A stretch of 64,000 nucleotides of DNA from Histomonas meleagridis 2922-C6/04-290x (GCA_020184695.1 JAANOX010000205.1:620001-684000), one strand, 5' to 3'; shown: positions 1 through 12,939, numbered from the stretch's first letter. Made by a program: numbers and translations. The notes: generated by a model from the letters alone, not told the origin.

Positions 1-3000
1 TTAAAGACACAATAAAAGAACAACTTCCGAATTTTGATGAAGAAACACAAACGCTTTTTTCAAAATATCTTGAATTTTTTACAACAATTGAAGACCATGC
101 TTCATTAGAAGATATAAGAACAGCATCAGCAACAATTCAAAGTAAGGTTTATTCAATGTTCGAAATCCATCCATTTTTTGGTGATTTTGTTTATTTGATC
201 TTCCAGTTCCTCTTGAATTTCCAATCCTTTGGGATCATAGAGCTTGCTTCTAACATGTTCCAAGAATTTTCCAAAATCGAAAAACCTGTCATAAAGGCAC
301 TAAAATTACTCTTGAAACAAAAGTTCCAATCATCAACCAATAAATTCCAAGAGATCAACAAAATTCTTTCAGATTCAATAGCTTCAATGCCAGCTGAATA
401 TCCTTATTATTTAAGCCGTAAGTATGTGATTGAATCACTTCTTCCTCTTACTGATCAAATCTTACATCTTTGCTCGAAACTTCCAAACAGCCTCTTTGGC
501 CAATCATTTCACGCGTCAGAAACCGAATATCTTCCAATTGAATTTTCTCAATCGTTCCTATCAATTTTCACAGCAGAAACCGTCGAACATGAGTACGTTA
601 AGCAACTTGCATTATCATTAAACTCATGTACAAATGATACATTATTACAATATTTATGTAGTGGCGCATCCTATTTTTTTGACGAAATACTTGGCTATAC
701 TTCAATAATTTCATCGTTATTGCCAATTGAACCAAATTCATTAATTGAACATTTGTCATATTTATTACAACAATTATCACCAATCTTTTCAGCGATATCA
801 AATCAATTTTATCAAACGATTAAAGCTTCAAATATTAATTTAGATCCATCATTAAACTTTTCATTTAATGGAATTAATGCTACAATTACAACACCACTTT
901 CGGCGTTACAAACAATAATGATATATAATAACATTCAACCACTTCTCCCAGAAGACAAACAAGAAATGTTATCAAGTTATTATAATAATTTAGTTAATAT
1001 TTCATTATCTTGGATTATTACAATTACAAAACTTTTGAGGTTATTTGAAATGAAAATTGTTGAAATGTTAATTGACATCATTGACATACAATATAATTTA
1101 TCTAATGAAGTTAAAACTAAAATTCTTGAAGATTATAATCACTTAGATAAATGCGATATATCGAAATTAGATTTTAATCAAATAATCCAAATCTTAACGT
1201 ATTCCAAGTCAATTAACGAAATAATCATTTCAAAATTTGACGAGATACGATCATTTAAGACACAATCATTTGCATGCTTTACACCGAATTTTCAAAGCAT
1301 AACCGAATTTGTTGATTCTTCGATATCAATTATTAATGAATTAAATGAAATATTAAATTCAACGCCAACCACCTCAAAAATCAACACAACTATATATCAA
1401 CAAAACTCATCAATTTTATTACAAAAAATGTTTTTCCAAGTAGATACATTAATGACAGCGATTTCCACACAATTTGAATATGTTCCATCAGTTTTATCTA
1501 ATTTAAGGTTACAAATCTTTCAATTAAACCTCCAAATAATACCATTAAAAATTAATGTTAATTTATTACAAGAAAAATTAAATATCTTAAGTAATGAAAA
1601 CGATGTTAAAAAACTACTTGAACTATCATCAGAATATCAAAACTATATTCAAGATTTGATACAAAAAGTATTAGCGCCACGAATCGATGAAAACTTTGTA
1701 CAAAAAATGCGATTATCAAATAAAGAAGATGTTGACACATTAATACAAAAAATTGATTCTCCTGAAATACGAAACGAAATTTTATATGAAATTCATTCGA
1801 TATATGAAAATCCGATTTATCGCCAAGAACAAAAGAAAATCGAAATAAACCTCAAGAAAGTTATTGAGATGCGAGTTCGAAATGATTATCCATTAGACAT
1901 AACGAAAATCGCGCAACTTACTGAGAAAGAAATTTATGATAACTCGTTAGCCATAGCTGCGATAATTCCATTATATGCAGGAGAGAACCTCGAAATATTA
2001 CAAAAGCAAATCGCTCCTTTAATATTACGTAATTCTGCACCTGAAATACATCAAATTGTTAGAGATACTTTGGTACAATTTACGTATTCAGACCCATTGA
2101 ACTCAAAGTTAAATGAAATAGTGCAAAATATCGTAAATGGTGAAACTGAAATCGAAGACAAGATTAAAGAAATTGCCAAAACTTTTAATATTAATAACCT
2201 TCCAAAATTACAAAGCGAAGATCAAGAAAAAATATTTTATCAACTTTTGACTTTGTTGGCATATTCGATTACTGCTCCGAAAGGTCCGTTTTCTGATGAT
2301 AAAATTAAGAAATGGAAAAAAGATTTATTCGATCCGAAGTTAAATCAAGATGAAATCAAATCAATAGTTTATGAAGCTTTAAGATCTTCTTTGTTAACAG
2401 CTGTAATGAATAATGATTATGATGTACAATTAATGTATAAATATCAATATGTTTTGTCAGCTTTGGATAATTACGAAAATGATCAGTCAGATTACAATAA
2501 ACGGTCGCTGGTCGCATCAATTTGTTTACTGCCGACCGTTATGAGGCCGTTTGGCGAGATTAACATGAATTGGGCGGTTGCGGTTACTTTACTACAACCG
2601 AGTTCGATTAATCAGTTAATTGAACTTGAAAATGAAACAGATTTTTATCAATATATTTCAGATGTATTTCCTCCACCTGTAAAATTACAGGATACTATTT
2701 CTACGACTTCAAGACATTCATCATCAGTATTTACTATTTCAAGAATGAACTCAATGTATTCAAATGATGAGAAAATGCCACTGATGACTGGCAGTGATGA
2801 CTTCTCTGATATGTCAGATGATGAAGAACCTGTTGTAATTTATCAAGATGTTATTGAGGAAGAAGAAGTTGGAGAACCAGAAACTATCGAAGAAATAGAA
2901 GAAGTATTTATCGAAGAAGATGAAAATGAACCAATTAATGATGAATTAATCCAAAAAGAAATTGCTTATAAACAATTATCTGAAAGCGAGAAACTATTAT

Positions 3001-3848
3001 CAAAGTTATATAAATATGTCAAATCATTAGAAATACAAGTTGTTAATGTAAAACTTCAACAGTTTTGCTCTTCTACAATTGATTTAATAGAAAACAAGCT
3101 TTTAGACAAACAAAAAATTATTTCAATAACCGATAAAGTAAAGTCTATCGTCAATGAAATAACCGACGACGATAGATCCAAATCCAAAGAATTGAAACCG
3201 TTTATCAAAGAATTCAATGAGCTCACACAAAAATTCTCAGAAAAAGATTCAATTGATTCAATTAATTCAAAAATCACCCTCATGAATTCAGTTTTGTATA
3301 AACTTGTACAAAGAATGGAGTGCCCCAATGAGGAAACGTTAATGAACTTAGATCAAATTCGAAGAGATTTTGTGATAAATTCACCAGATATTTTGAATAG
3401 TTTACGCGAGTTTAACAAGACGTTATCGGTTTTGATCGGCAACAGTGAAAAAGTGGAAAATCCGAAACAAATCTTAAATGCATTAACACATGTTTTTAAG
3501 GCCTCTTTTATGTTTTATTTAATGTATTTCTTATATGATTTTTATGATAATGAACTTGACATGAAATGTATATCATTATGTCGAAGAATGCAATGTTCTA
3601 TGAATGATTTAATTTCGACTTTAACTGATAAAAAGTCAAAGGATTATGCAGACCTGATGGAGATATATGATGAAATCAATGAGAAACTGAAGAATTTGAT
3701 GAACGACACCGACAAAGCGAAGGGAGTCCTTTCGGACACGATGGAATACGCAAAGAAGAAATTGGACATGCAGGCACTGCTGATAAAGAGAAGGGCGGAA
3801 CTGAAAGAAGCTGAGGACGAAGTGAAAAGACTTTCTGATATTGAATAA
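1..3848 (+). CDS. Large hypothetical helical/coiled-coil protein, 5'-partial
   Basis: ORF track 156..3848. The same frame is open from position 3 (KDTIKEQLPNF...) to the first ATG, so the gene begins upstream of the window. Acidic patch near the C-terminal third; no recognisable domain. Confidence 0.7.
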   Translation, partial: KDTIKEQLPNFDEETQTLFSKYLEFFTTIEDHASLEDIRTASATIQSKVYSMFEIHPFFGDFVYLIFQFLLNFQSFGIIELASNMFQEFSKIEKPVIKALKLLLKQKFQSSTNKFQEINKILSDSIASMPAEYPYYLSRKYVIESLLPLTDQILHLCSKLPNSLFGQSFHASETEYLPIEFSQSFLSIFTAETVEHEYVKQLALSLNSCTNDTLLQYLCSGASYFFDEILGYTSIISSLLPIEPNSLIEHLSYLLQQLSPIFSAISNQFYQTIKASNINLDPSLNFSFNGINATITTPLSALQTIMIYNNIQPLLPEDKQEMLSSYYNNLVNISLSWIITITKLLRLFEMKIVEMLIDIIDIQYNLSNEVKTKILEDYNHLDKCDISKLDFNQIIQILTYSKSINEIIISKFDEIRSFKTQSFACFTPNFQSITEFVDSSISIINELNEILNSTPTTSKINTTIYQQNSSILLQKMFFQVDTLMTAISTQFEYVPSVLSNLRLQIFQLNLQIIPLKINVNLLQEKLNILSNENDVKKLLELSSEYQNYIQDLIQKVLAPRIDENFVQKMRLSNKEDVDTLIQKIDSPEIRNEILYEIHSIYENPIYRQEQKKIEINLKKVIEMRVRNDYPLDITKIAQLTEKEIYDNSLAIAAIIPLYAGENLEILQKQIAPLILRNSAPEIHQIVRDTLVQFTYSDPLNSKLNEIVQNIVNGETEIEDKIKEIAKTFNINNLPKLQSEDQEKIFYQLLTLLAYSITAPKGPFSDDKIKKWKKDLFDPKLNQDEIKSIVYEALRSSLLTAVMNNDYDVQLMYKYQYVLSALDNYENDQSDYNKRSLVASICLLPTVMRPFGEINMNWAVAVTLLQPSSINQLIELENETDFYQYISDVFPPPVKLQDTISTTSRHSSSVFTISRMNSMYSNDEKMPLMTGSDDFSDMSDDEEPVVIYQDVIEEEEVGEPETIEEIEEVFIEEDENEPINDELIQKEIAYKQLSESEKLLSKLYKYVKSLEIQVVNVKLQQFCSSTIDLIENKLLDKQKIISITDKVKSIVNEITDDDRSKSKELKPFIKEFNELTQKFSEKDSIDSINSKITLMNSVLYKLVQRMECPNEETLMNLDQIRRDFVINSPDILNSLREFNKTLSVLIGNSEKVENPKQILNALTHVFKASFMFYLMYFLYDFYDNELDMKCISLCRRMQCSMNDLISTLTDKKSKDYADLMEIYDEINEKLKNLMNDTDKAKGVLSDTMEYAKKKLDMQALLIKRRAELKEAEDEVKRLSDIE

Positions 3849-4129
3849 AGTGATTTGTTGAAATAATATAAAAACGAGCAAAATGATAAAATGTTTTGAG
3901 TAAATAATTCAAATTTCGTGCTAATAAAATGATATTATCCGAAAATGATTACAATACTAATTATAATTTTAAGTATAATAAACAGTGTACATATCTTATT
4001 TTTAATAGTGGTTCCATTTCATTTAGTCTATTTATAGTAAAAGATGAAGCTACAATATAGAACGGATGTTTGTAGAAGTATAATCTTTAACTATGGAAAC
4101 ATTGTGAAATTATTTATAAATTATACATG

Positions 4130-6689
4130 TTAGAAAATGTTTACAATAAATATAATTAATTTCGTTATTACATCAGATACCTTATGCATTTGAATCACTT
4201 GATTCTTGTTTTCTACTTTTAATTTCCAAACCACAATTCCGACACACGCAGCTGCAACAACAACCACAACCACGACTACAATTGCAGCTATTTCGCCATT
4301 AGAAAGTCCTGACGCATCACCATCTGTGTTATCATTGTCACTACCGCCTTCACCACCAGTACTTTCATCACCCCCTTCTCCACCTTCATCTGTTTTACCA
4401 ATATCACTTTTGTCTGTTTTAACTTCTTCTTCATCCTTCATAACATCTTCCCAACCACTATAATCTATGTTAAAGTTATAGAGTTCATCTGCATTCATAT
4501 TGAACTTAAATGTACAACATCTTTGCCAAGCGTTTTCATCAGTTAATTCTAATGTTGCATTGTTGCCAATGACATTGCTATAATTAATTCCATTTGCTTG
4601 GAACATAACTTCAGGTTTAACTGAATCGTCAAATTTTATATTTAAGAAATGTTCATCATCATGATCAATAACGAAAGTGGTATAACATTCAACAACTCCA
4701 TTTTTTGCCTTTTTACGTGGCTGACAATAAGTACTTCTTTCATTAGTTCCATTCATTAATACTTTTACAAGTTTTCCAGCATCATTAGCCATATAAATAT
4801 TTTCATTCATTACATATAACATATGTGGAATCCATTTCATGAAAAATTCCTTTTTTTGTGAAATATAATCGCATTGCGTCCAATCAGATAATGAAGGGAA
4901 CGAACCAAATGCAAATTGATGTGAATAATAATCTTCAATTCGATCCATTGTATACCAATAACCAGAAATCTCGAGATTAGAATATGAACGACTTCCACTT
5001 AAAAACTTCGCATGATAAAATCGCATTTTGTGCCATTCTTCATAGTAATCTCTACCATACAAACCCATTCCACATTCCCAACCAACATTTGCAATATATC
5101 TTGTGAGTTGTGGTGGAGTATAATATGAATTCCACATAAAACCATTTGGACTTTGTTCCTTTAAATGTGGAACCATTCGGAAGAAACCTGCAGCTAATGG
5201 TACAAACTCATTAAAGTTTTGATCAAGAAGTGTATAAGGTATAGATTCAGCTGATTGATTAGTTTGATATGTGACATAAAAAAAATTAGTTGAACCTAAA
5301 CCATAATTACAATTTACGCCAGTTTCATTACATCGTCAAAATGATGTAAGTAATGAATAATAATAAAGATAATTATGAATCTCTTCATTCCACATAACTC
5401 TGCATTGACTTGAAACTTTATTCCAACCAATTTCTCCTCTTAATACACCATCAGATTCTCTTATTCCTTGTTTTTTAATGAGTTCTGCAACCCATTTTTC
5501 AGATCCACCTTCATTTATTTTTTGATCTATTAAAGCGGCAAATGTATTTTCATCATATGAATCATATAATAAATGTAATATCGTAGGCTCTTGATAAGTA
5601 AAAAATGGGAAAACATCATTAGGATAATAACCCCAATTAAATTTAAACCCATATTCTTCACGAGCTTTAGTTAAGTTATTACCAAAACATATCGAAAGAT
5701 TCGTATTAGGAATCCATGAACCAGTACCAAAAGGTTGCACATTATATATATCAGGAAACAGATGATGCCATAGTTCAATTGCATGGCGATATGTTTTTGT
5801 AGGATATTCAATTAATATATATGAAATCGAAAATCCAGTGGAGTTACGTGGTTTCGCATACATTTGGAAAAATGCTGAAAGTTTCCCATTGTATATGGAA
5901 TGAGCAAATGCCCATCCATGGTAATATCGTTCATCTAATATGTTAATTCCAAGAATATGCGAGAAATTTGCTTCTATTGGTACTTCAGTAAATTCAGCAG
6001 ATGTATCACTATACCAGAAATTTGGATATTGTACAGTAGGATAAATATCATGTGAATTAAGTAAATGAAGTGTTTGAATATCAACTTTACCTTTATCATA
6101 ACCAATGTGCGTATTAACAAATGTTATTTTAGGTGATGTTGATACTGTTTTGGTTTGATATTTTGTATCTTCAATGGTGGAATCAGAATAATAAAATGTT
6201 ACACTTGGACTAAGAACTGTCATGTTTCCTTCATTTACAGGGTTATTATAGAAAACATCAATGTTTGTGATTTCATCAAAGAAAATATTGTATCGAGTGA
6301 CATTTAGTTTTGACCCATATGGAATTTCTTGAGAAAATAAATAACGGGAATCCTTGTTCTTAGCATTAAAAATGCATTTTGCATTGCTACTTATGATACC
6401 ATTCCCAGACCCACATTCAATTTCAATGGGATAATATGGATGATAAATACCATCAGGTAATCCTTCAACTTTATATGATCGATAAAATGCAAGAGGTGAA
6501 TTATAGCCTGTCAAAAATGTGATTGTTCCGTTTTCATTTGAAATATTTATTCCATGGTGCATTTCCAATTACAAATGAATCTTGTGATAGATCAAAACGA
6601 AACTTTTTTAAAGGCCTGTCTGCTTTTTTTACATTAAATAATGTGTTACATGGATCAGAGCATTCAATGAGTGATAAAAGAAAAAACAT
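4130..6689 (-). CDS. Predicted type I membrane/surface protein, interrupted by one frameshift (~6555) and one in-frame TGA (5336-5338)
   Basis: Signal-like start MFFLLSLIECSD at 6689. ORFs 5336..6568 and 4130..5176 are in the same frame, and the 159 nt between them is open apart from the TGA. A G/D/E/S-rich stalk is followed by the transmembrane segment IAAIVVVVVVVVAAACVGIVVW. Confidence 0.6.
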
Positions 6690-7099
6690 TTTTTGGAACA
6701 GGATTAACCACACAAAATTTTTATAAAAACGATCGAAAAACTGCTTGTAAAGCTTTAAGCTTTCACTGAAAAAATCACGAATTTTAACTTTTTGAATGAT
6801 AATTGAATAGGAACCGATCATTCCTATAATTGTTTTGACTTACAGTACTTCAATTTTTTCCCCTCGTTCCGAGATTATTATTACAATTGCTCACATCAAG
6901 ACATATGAGTATGTAGGTCTTTATGATAACATTGATATTCTATAAATTCAGTTGATCAGAGTTCTTTCTTCCTAAAACAGCACTTTTTAAGTTTGCTTTC
7001 AATTATTGGAATTCAAATTTCAGAGAGCTGAATTCAGCGGTTATTGTTAACTGTAATATTTACACCAAAAGTGCGAGTCTTTAAAAAAAACCAACACAA

Positions 7100-7756
7100 A
7101 TGAGCCAAAACAAGTTTGCATGTGAAATGGCAAAGACTTACATTAGCTCCTCACTTGCTGGAGCTATAACTAATGATTTTGTTAATGGTATATCTCAATC
7201 ACCAAAACCGTTCGATATAAAAAACTCAATATATGAAGGCCTCCAAGTTGGAACTAATTTTGTTGCTTATCCTATAGCTGAAAAAGTCCTCCATAGAAGT
7301 TCTAAAAAATATCGGAAAAGCAAAAACAAGAATAAAGTTTTTATGTACACAGCAAATGCTCTTGTTACTTCAGCTATCGTTGCTTCAGTAAATTATCCAA
7401 TTGTAGTTATGCAGAAGTCACATAACAAAGAACCATATAATATATCACTTAAAGATTTTGGTATTTATTTTGTGGATCAAATACTTCCTAACATCGGTTT
7501 TCCTGTTGCAAATGATTACCTGGAAAAAGTTGTTCCGAATTCTACTAACACAATGATTCAATATCTACGAAATTCAGGTATTGCAGCAATTGCATCACTT
7601 TCTGGATCAGTTGCAAATCTTCCACTTTCAATGATTAAAGATCATGCGACAATATCAGGAACAATTTCAGATTGGTTTAAATCGATTGGTGGAATCACAT
7701 TCACCAATGATTCATTCGCTCACTTCTCCAAAGTGTTCGGATCCATAACTAAATAA
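7100..7756 (+). CDS. Hypothetical protein (218 aa)
   Basis: Clean ATG-to-TAA ORF with coding-like composition; no domain recognised. Confidence 0.65.
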   Translation: MSQNKFACEMAKTYISSSLAGAITNDFVNGISQSPKPFDIKNSIYEGLQVGTNFVAYPIAEKVLHRSSKKYRKSKNKNKVFMYTANALVTSAIVASVNYPIVVMQKSHNKEPYNISLKDFGIYFVDQILPNIGFPVANDYLEKVVPNSTNTMIQYLRNSGIAAIASLSGSVANLPLSMIKDHATISGTISDWFKSIGGITFTNDSFAHFSKVFGSITK

Positions 7757-8237
7757 AACAAAAACCTTCAACCGTACTTTGGTTTTTCTTCGTAAAATAT
7801 TTAAATAATGCTTGTCAATTAAGAATTAAAACGTGCTCTTAATATTTTATAATAAGGCATGAATAATAAACCCAAAGCATTCTTTGTTTTGAAATAAATA
7901 TAATTTTTGGCAGTAAATAAAAGTTAAAAAATGATCAGCACATGCTTTCTTTTTATACTATTGCATATTTAAACATAAAGTGACTCCTATTTTTAAAAAC
8001 ATAAATAAAAACAATATATGCAACAAATTATGTTGAGAATTTCGTAATTTATTCATATCTTATATGAATAGGAAAGTAAAGCAATTTTAAGTCACAGATA
8101 CAATTACATCTATTAATTTCGTTAACTTTTTAAAAAGTTATCAATTGCTTAATTTAAGAATCGTCATGATTCAGGTGTGAAGTGAATTCTAATCGTTTTC
8201 TATTGAAAATCAACATCGTCAAAAAATTGGAAGAAAA

Positions 8238-9938
8238 ATGAATGGAAGCCCAAGGAGTCGCTCGCTTTCGCAGCTTGTATCAACTTCTTACAAAACTCAA
8301 CCAAAGAAGAATTTTGCTATGCTTTCTTGCTATTTAGATTTGTGTTATTGTCCAATTTCACAAATTGAAAAAAAAGAACCACCTTTCCCACTTCTTATTG
8401 ACAAAAAAAAATTTATTTCAGGACAAATACCAGGTCTTAATCCCAACGAAACCAAATATGTTGATGCATTAGAGTTTAATTCATTGACAGTTTCTGTCAT
8501 GATTAGCATCATTAGCAACGAAAGGAAATTTATTCATGATATATCCCTTCTCATACGTATTATTAGTAGTCTTGATGGCACCAACTTTTCACCACTCTAT
8601 GGTGGGTTCTATTCCATCTTAAATGAAATCTTATCCAAGCATGAACCATATCTCAAAAAGCTTGAAAACCTTATCAAGAACCGCAACTCATTATTTCTTG
8701 CTGATTTTGTTGAGAGTTTTACCAATTGTAGTCCGTTAATACAATCACATCAAAAATATATTATCCAATATCTTCACTACGAGAACCTTACGATGGACCT
8801 ATCAGCCAATTGTCCTGAAGAAATCCAAAATCAGATTGACGATGTTCTCATACATTATTTCAAGTTACCAATTCAATGGCATCAATTCATAAGCAAGACC
8901 ACACGTACTCTTTCCAATGTTCTTCCCCTATACACCAATCCCCAAATCCGCTCCACCCTTATCAAATATGCCAAATACAATTCTGATCTATATGCGTCAA
9001 CAGACTCCATACCAAAGCTCGAAGAAATCAGCCGAATGTTTTTACGCGAGCCACTTCCCATTGTAGTTCCCGGACGTCGAGTTATTCGCATTGGCAAAGC
9101 ATCCAAACAATGTCGAAAATCCATTTCCGAGCGGGACATTATATTATTTTCGGACTTTTTCCTATACGTACAAGTGAAAGGTGGCATGTATGTTATGCCA
9201 GGGATTTATGACTTATTACATTTACGAGTTGAGTCTAAAGGCCATAACAAAACATACGCGTTGTTTTTCTTCTCTCCCATGAAGAGTTTTATTTTATATT
9301 TCAACACAAGTAATGAAAGAGATCAATGGGAAGCAGATATTAACGAAGCGATTAAGAACATTCGTGAGCATCAAATCATCAAGAAATATAAAGAGGCGCC
9401 GATATGGACTCCCGATTGTTTGATTAATGAGTGCTGCAATTGTCATCATCCTTTGTCATTCTTCACGCGAAAACATCACTGCAGAAGTTGCGGGAAAATA
9501 TTTTGCAGCGATTGCTTGTCGCATAAGGTCATAATGAAGAACATTTCGAATGAGCCATGCAAAGTTTGCGATCAATGCTTCAAGAGAATTAATAAGCAAA
9601 AAATTGTGTCGATATATAGAACAAATCCTGAAGAAGATGAACTGGAATCCGATGAGGAAGAAGATGAAGCGCCAAAACTATTCAGCGGACTGAACTTGGA
9701 ACAATTGCCGTCAACGTACCATACGCATTCGTCATCGGAAACATCAGAAGAAGAGGAAAATAAAGAAAACGAACACAGCGAAAGTGATAACGAAAATGAA
9801 AACGAAAACGAAAATGATGACAACGCATTCGATATACAGAAGCTATGGCCAATACCGCCGAGCTTGATGGAGGTGTCGAACAGGCAAAGGGCATCGTGCA
9901 GCTTGCCGAATTTTAATGATACGAGAAAACTTTCGTAA
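8238..9938 (+). CDS. DH(RhoGEF)-like + PH + FYVE zinc-finger protein (FGD-like architecture)
   Basis: FYVE signature WTPD...C..C...F....RKHHCRSCGKIFC..C...VCDQC, preceded by a PH-like region (ILFSDFFLY...ERDQWEADI). Acidic tail. Confidence 0.8.
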   Translation: MNGSPRSRSLSQLVSTSYKTQPKKNFAMLSCYLDLCYCPISQIEKKEPPFPLLIDKKKFISGQIPGLNPNETKYVDALEFNSLTVSVMISIISNERKFIHDISLLIRIISSLDGTNFSPLYGGFYSILNEILSKHEPYLKKLENLIKNRNSLFLADFVESFTNCSPLIQSHQKYIIQYLHYENLTMDLSANCPEEIQNQIDDVLIHYFKLPIQWHQFISKTTRTLSNVLPLYTNPQIRSTLIKYAKYNSDLYASTDSIPKLEEISRMFLREPLPIVVPGRRVIRIGKASKQCRKSISERDIILFSDFFLYVQVKGGMYVMPGIYDLLHLRVESKGHNKTYALFFFSPMKSFILYFNTSNERDQWEADINEAIKNIREHQIIKKYKEAPIWTPDCLINECCNCHHPLSFFTRKHHCRSCGKIFCSDCLSHKVIMKNISNEPCKVCDQCFKRINKQKIVSIYRTNPEEDELESDEEEDEAPKLFSGLNLEQLPSTYHTHSSSETSEEEENKENEHSESDNENENENENDDNAFDIQKLWPIPPSLMEVSNRQRASCSLPNFNDTRKLS

Positions 9939-10332
9939 TGACTTTGGATAATAAAATGTTTAAAATTTGATTTGTGAAAATAATTAATTTCTCATTATTA
10001 ATATTTAAGAAAGAAAATGGTAACGAAATAAAATTAATTGAATAATAAAATTGAATAATTATGTACAACTATGGATTATGAAATTTTTACAAACATGATT
10101 TTAACTAAATTTATGAAATTCATATCATATGTTATTATTTTAAGGGAATATTGAAGCCAATAACACACAGTAAAACTTAAGAAAAAGACGAATTTCATAC
10201 ATTACATTACTCAAACTAATGCATATTTGTTGGCTCTAATATTTTTTGTTAAAATTTCACCATAATAATGAGGAATAAAAAAAAGTAACACATGTTAAAC
10301 AAATTTATAAACAAACAACAAACACAAGTCTT

Positions 10333-11709
10333 CTATTTCTTCAAATGTGTCTCCAAATACTTTGTAAAACTCCCCATCAAAGCTTCTGATGACTTATCAG
10401 CGCATAATACCATAGTTGCCTCATTATTTCCAGGTCCGTCAACTATGCTAAACGACATTCTCATCTCTGTGCCATCACTTCTTTGCAGAACAATCGTTGG
10501 CGACAAAGATAAAGGCGACGATATGCAGCACTTTTGTTTGATGGCCAAATTATGTAACGATGAATAAACGGTCGCAGCTGTTCCTGCAAAAGTAATTCGC
10601 TTCTCTTTGATTGCCACGTTATTCATTGTGGGCATCGGAAAGAATCCTTTCTTGGAAGGGTCTTGAGATGACGATGATGCAGGCATGATTGTAGGAAACT
10701 CACGTGGACTTAACCATGATCTATCTTGACGTTTTAATAAGAGGAAAATAAGCTTTTCTCTGTTCATTTCATTAGATTTGAGCTTGGCATTATACGTTGT
10801 CGTATCAATTCCAGTGACTTGGGTTAAACGAGAAATTAGTATTTCATCTGAATAAACCATTCGGTCAATCTTTAAAGATGACAATGGGTCTTTGCGACGG
10901 GTCTGTGTGGATTTAATGGCTGGATATGAACGACATTCTGTTGCATTTGGACGTTTATTAGGATCAATGGATAATAATTGTTGAATGAGTTGATGAAAAT
11001 CTTTTGGGATGGGACCGTAATCGACCGGAGTATTAAAATCGAAATCGCGTGATACATTGTGAAACGGTAATCTTCTTGAGAGAATAGTATAAATAACTAC
11101 TCCACAACTCCACATATCTGCTTTAAATCCATTAAACTCTTGTTCATGTATAGCCTCTGGAGCTGAATATTCATAAGATCCGCAATTACCATGAACCATT
11201 CCATTAAATGTTAATGATGCAAATCCGAAATCACATAACTTAAGTCCATGCTTGGATAAAAGAAGATTTTCAAGCTTAATGTCACGATGGCAAATACCAA
11301 TTCCGTGAATATATTCAACAGCTGAAAATAATTGATCTATTAATCTGATTGCAATTGAAATTTCAAAAGGAGATTTCCTTAATTTACGTAGTAGATCGCC
11401 GTGTTCAGCATAACGCATGAATTGAAATATTTGTGTGTCATTATCTGCTATTTCTTCAATCTCAATAATGCATGGATGATTAAGTAATGGGGCAAGGATA
11501 GCTTCGTTGAACAATATCCTCTTTCCCATTGGGCATTTAAGTAGTTTGGTTTTCGATATTATCTTTACTGCATATTGTTTCTTAGAACGAGCATGAATAG
11601 CACTTCTAATTGATGAAAAAACACCCTTTCCAATTGGTTCGCCAATAACATAATCCAATATTTTGTTAGTTTTATTGCTTGGAGGGCTTTTGGTTGGGGG
11701 CACATGCAT
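10333..11709 (-). CDS. CAMK-group (SNF1/AMPK-like) Ser/Thr protein kinase
   Basis: GKGVFS loop, AVK, HRDIKLEN, DFG, CGSYEYSAPE and DMWSCG motifs. Confidence 0.9.
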   Translation of the reverse strand: MHVPPTKSPPSNKTNKILDYVIGEPIGKGVFSSIRSAIHARSKKQYAVKIISKTKLLKCPMGKRILFNEAILAPLLNHPCIIEIEEIADNDTQIFQFMRYAEHGDLLRKLRKSPFEISIAIRLIDQLFSAVEYIHGIGICHRDIKLENLLLSKHGLKLCDFGFASLTFNGMVHGNCGSYEYSAPEAIHEQEFNGFKADMWSCGVVIYTILSRRLPFHNVSRDFDFNTPVDYGPIPKDFHQLIQQLLSIDPNKRPNATECRSYPAIKSTQTRRKDPLSSLKIDRMVYSDEILISRLTQVTGIDTTTYNAKLKSNEMNREKLIFLLLKRQDRSWLSPREFPTIMPASSSSQDPSKKGFFPMPTMNNVAIKEKRITFAGTAATVYSSLHNLAIKQKCCISSPLSLSPTIVLQRSDGTEMRMSFSIVDGPGNNEATMVLCADKSSEALMGSFTKYLETHLKK

Positions 11710-12939
11710 ATTCAGGAGATTTAAAAAAGTGACGCATAAATTGGATTCAATGTCGTAATGTTTTCAGTATCTTTTCAAAATTGAATACTCTGGAAAAGCT
11801 TTTCATAGAAATTGAGAAAATTGAAAAACTGGTGCTTTGGGGTAGATGAAGTGACTTAACGTACTTTAAACGGTGTTTTTCCCTCAACAAATATTCTTTC
11901 AATTCATCCTTAATGATTTTCATCAAAAAAACTCCTTAACATTTTTAACATATATTATATGAATTTGCATTTTAAATTTTTTTTTTTGTTCTTGATTATT
12001 TGTTTTAAAATTTCAAATTTTATGTTCGAATCGAGTTTTTTATTCATGAATGAAGATGTCAAAACATTCGAATAAGAAGATATGTGATTCTTCTCTAAAA
12101 CTATGTTTTTATTTTTATGTAAAGAAAGTTTAAACAAAGATAAAAAAAAACGAATAAGTTAAGTGACTTTTGACATTCGATTAATCGTCATAAAATATTT
12201 TGGCGGTTATGACAAATTAGATCGCTCAAAACTATTTTGACCAAATGTCAATTGTAAAATTGAAACATTAATTTCATGAAAATTTCCTAATAAAATCATA
12301 AAATTTATTCTGGAATTATTATCTAAATTATTGTCGTTATTATTACAAAATTTAAGAATCGTAATATTGATGAATGAAACAATATCAATTTTTTTTTAAA
12401 ATTTGGATTGTATATCATCACAAATTTTTCAATAATGTTGATTATTGAATTTTTAAAATATATTTAAATTGGTTTTTCAATGCATTTTTTGGTTGTAAAA
12501 TCTCTTCCACACAAACAACTTTTGGGAATAAATCTCAATCAAATTCCCATTGATTCACCAAAAGCTTTTGTAAAAAAGACAATAAGGCTTATGGTATATG
12601 AAATTTTTTTGATACACACATGACTTGGTATTATTATGAGTTTGAAAACCATTCTCCAAAACGTTATGGAGTTTTTTTATAAAGAATTGATCAACTTTTT
12701 CAATTATATTACGAAATTAAGTGTAATATGATTCATATTTACGTAATGATCGTCTTGGATGATAATCATTAAATGAAGAAATGCAACAATTACAATACTT
12801 AATAAACATTAGATAGGATAGAACGATAGCTCGATGTTTCGGGATATAAAATTATAACAATTCTCATCATATTTAAAATTAATAAATTTATTAATTTGAG
12901 AGAGATTGTTAAATAATATTAATACCTGACTTGATAACT

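Noticed and set aside
430-4463. Short antisense or overlapping ORFs in the track (e.g. 430..621, 3056..3328, 4206..4463) and similar ones elsewhere
   Set aside because: They are shadows of longer real genes, with low-complexity or atypical composition.
5336-5338. Alternative genetic code or selenocysteine (TGA reassigned)
   Set aside because: Several clear genes end in TGA (39431, 40874, 51525, 52778), and no SECIS or redox motif is evident.
6540-6570. Frameshift in the 4130-6689 gene explained by a 17-nt element
   Set aside because: Restoring the frame needs removal of 1 nt (mod 3), while 17 nt removes 2 (mod 3); no RT...TT element is evident.
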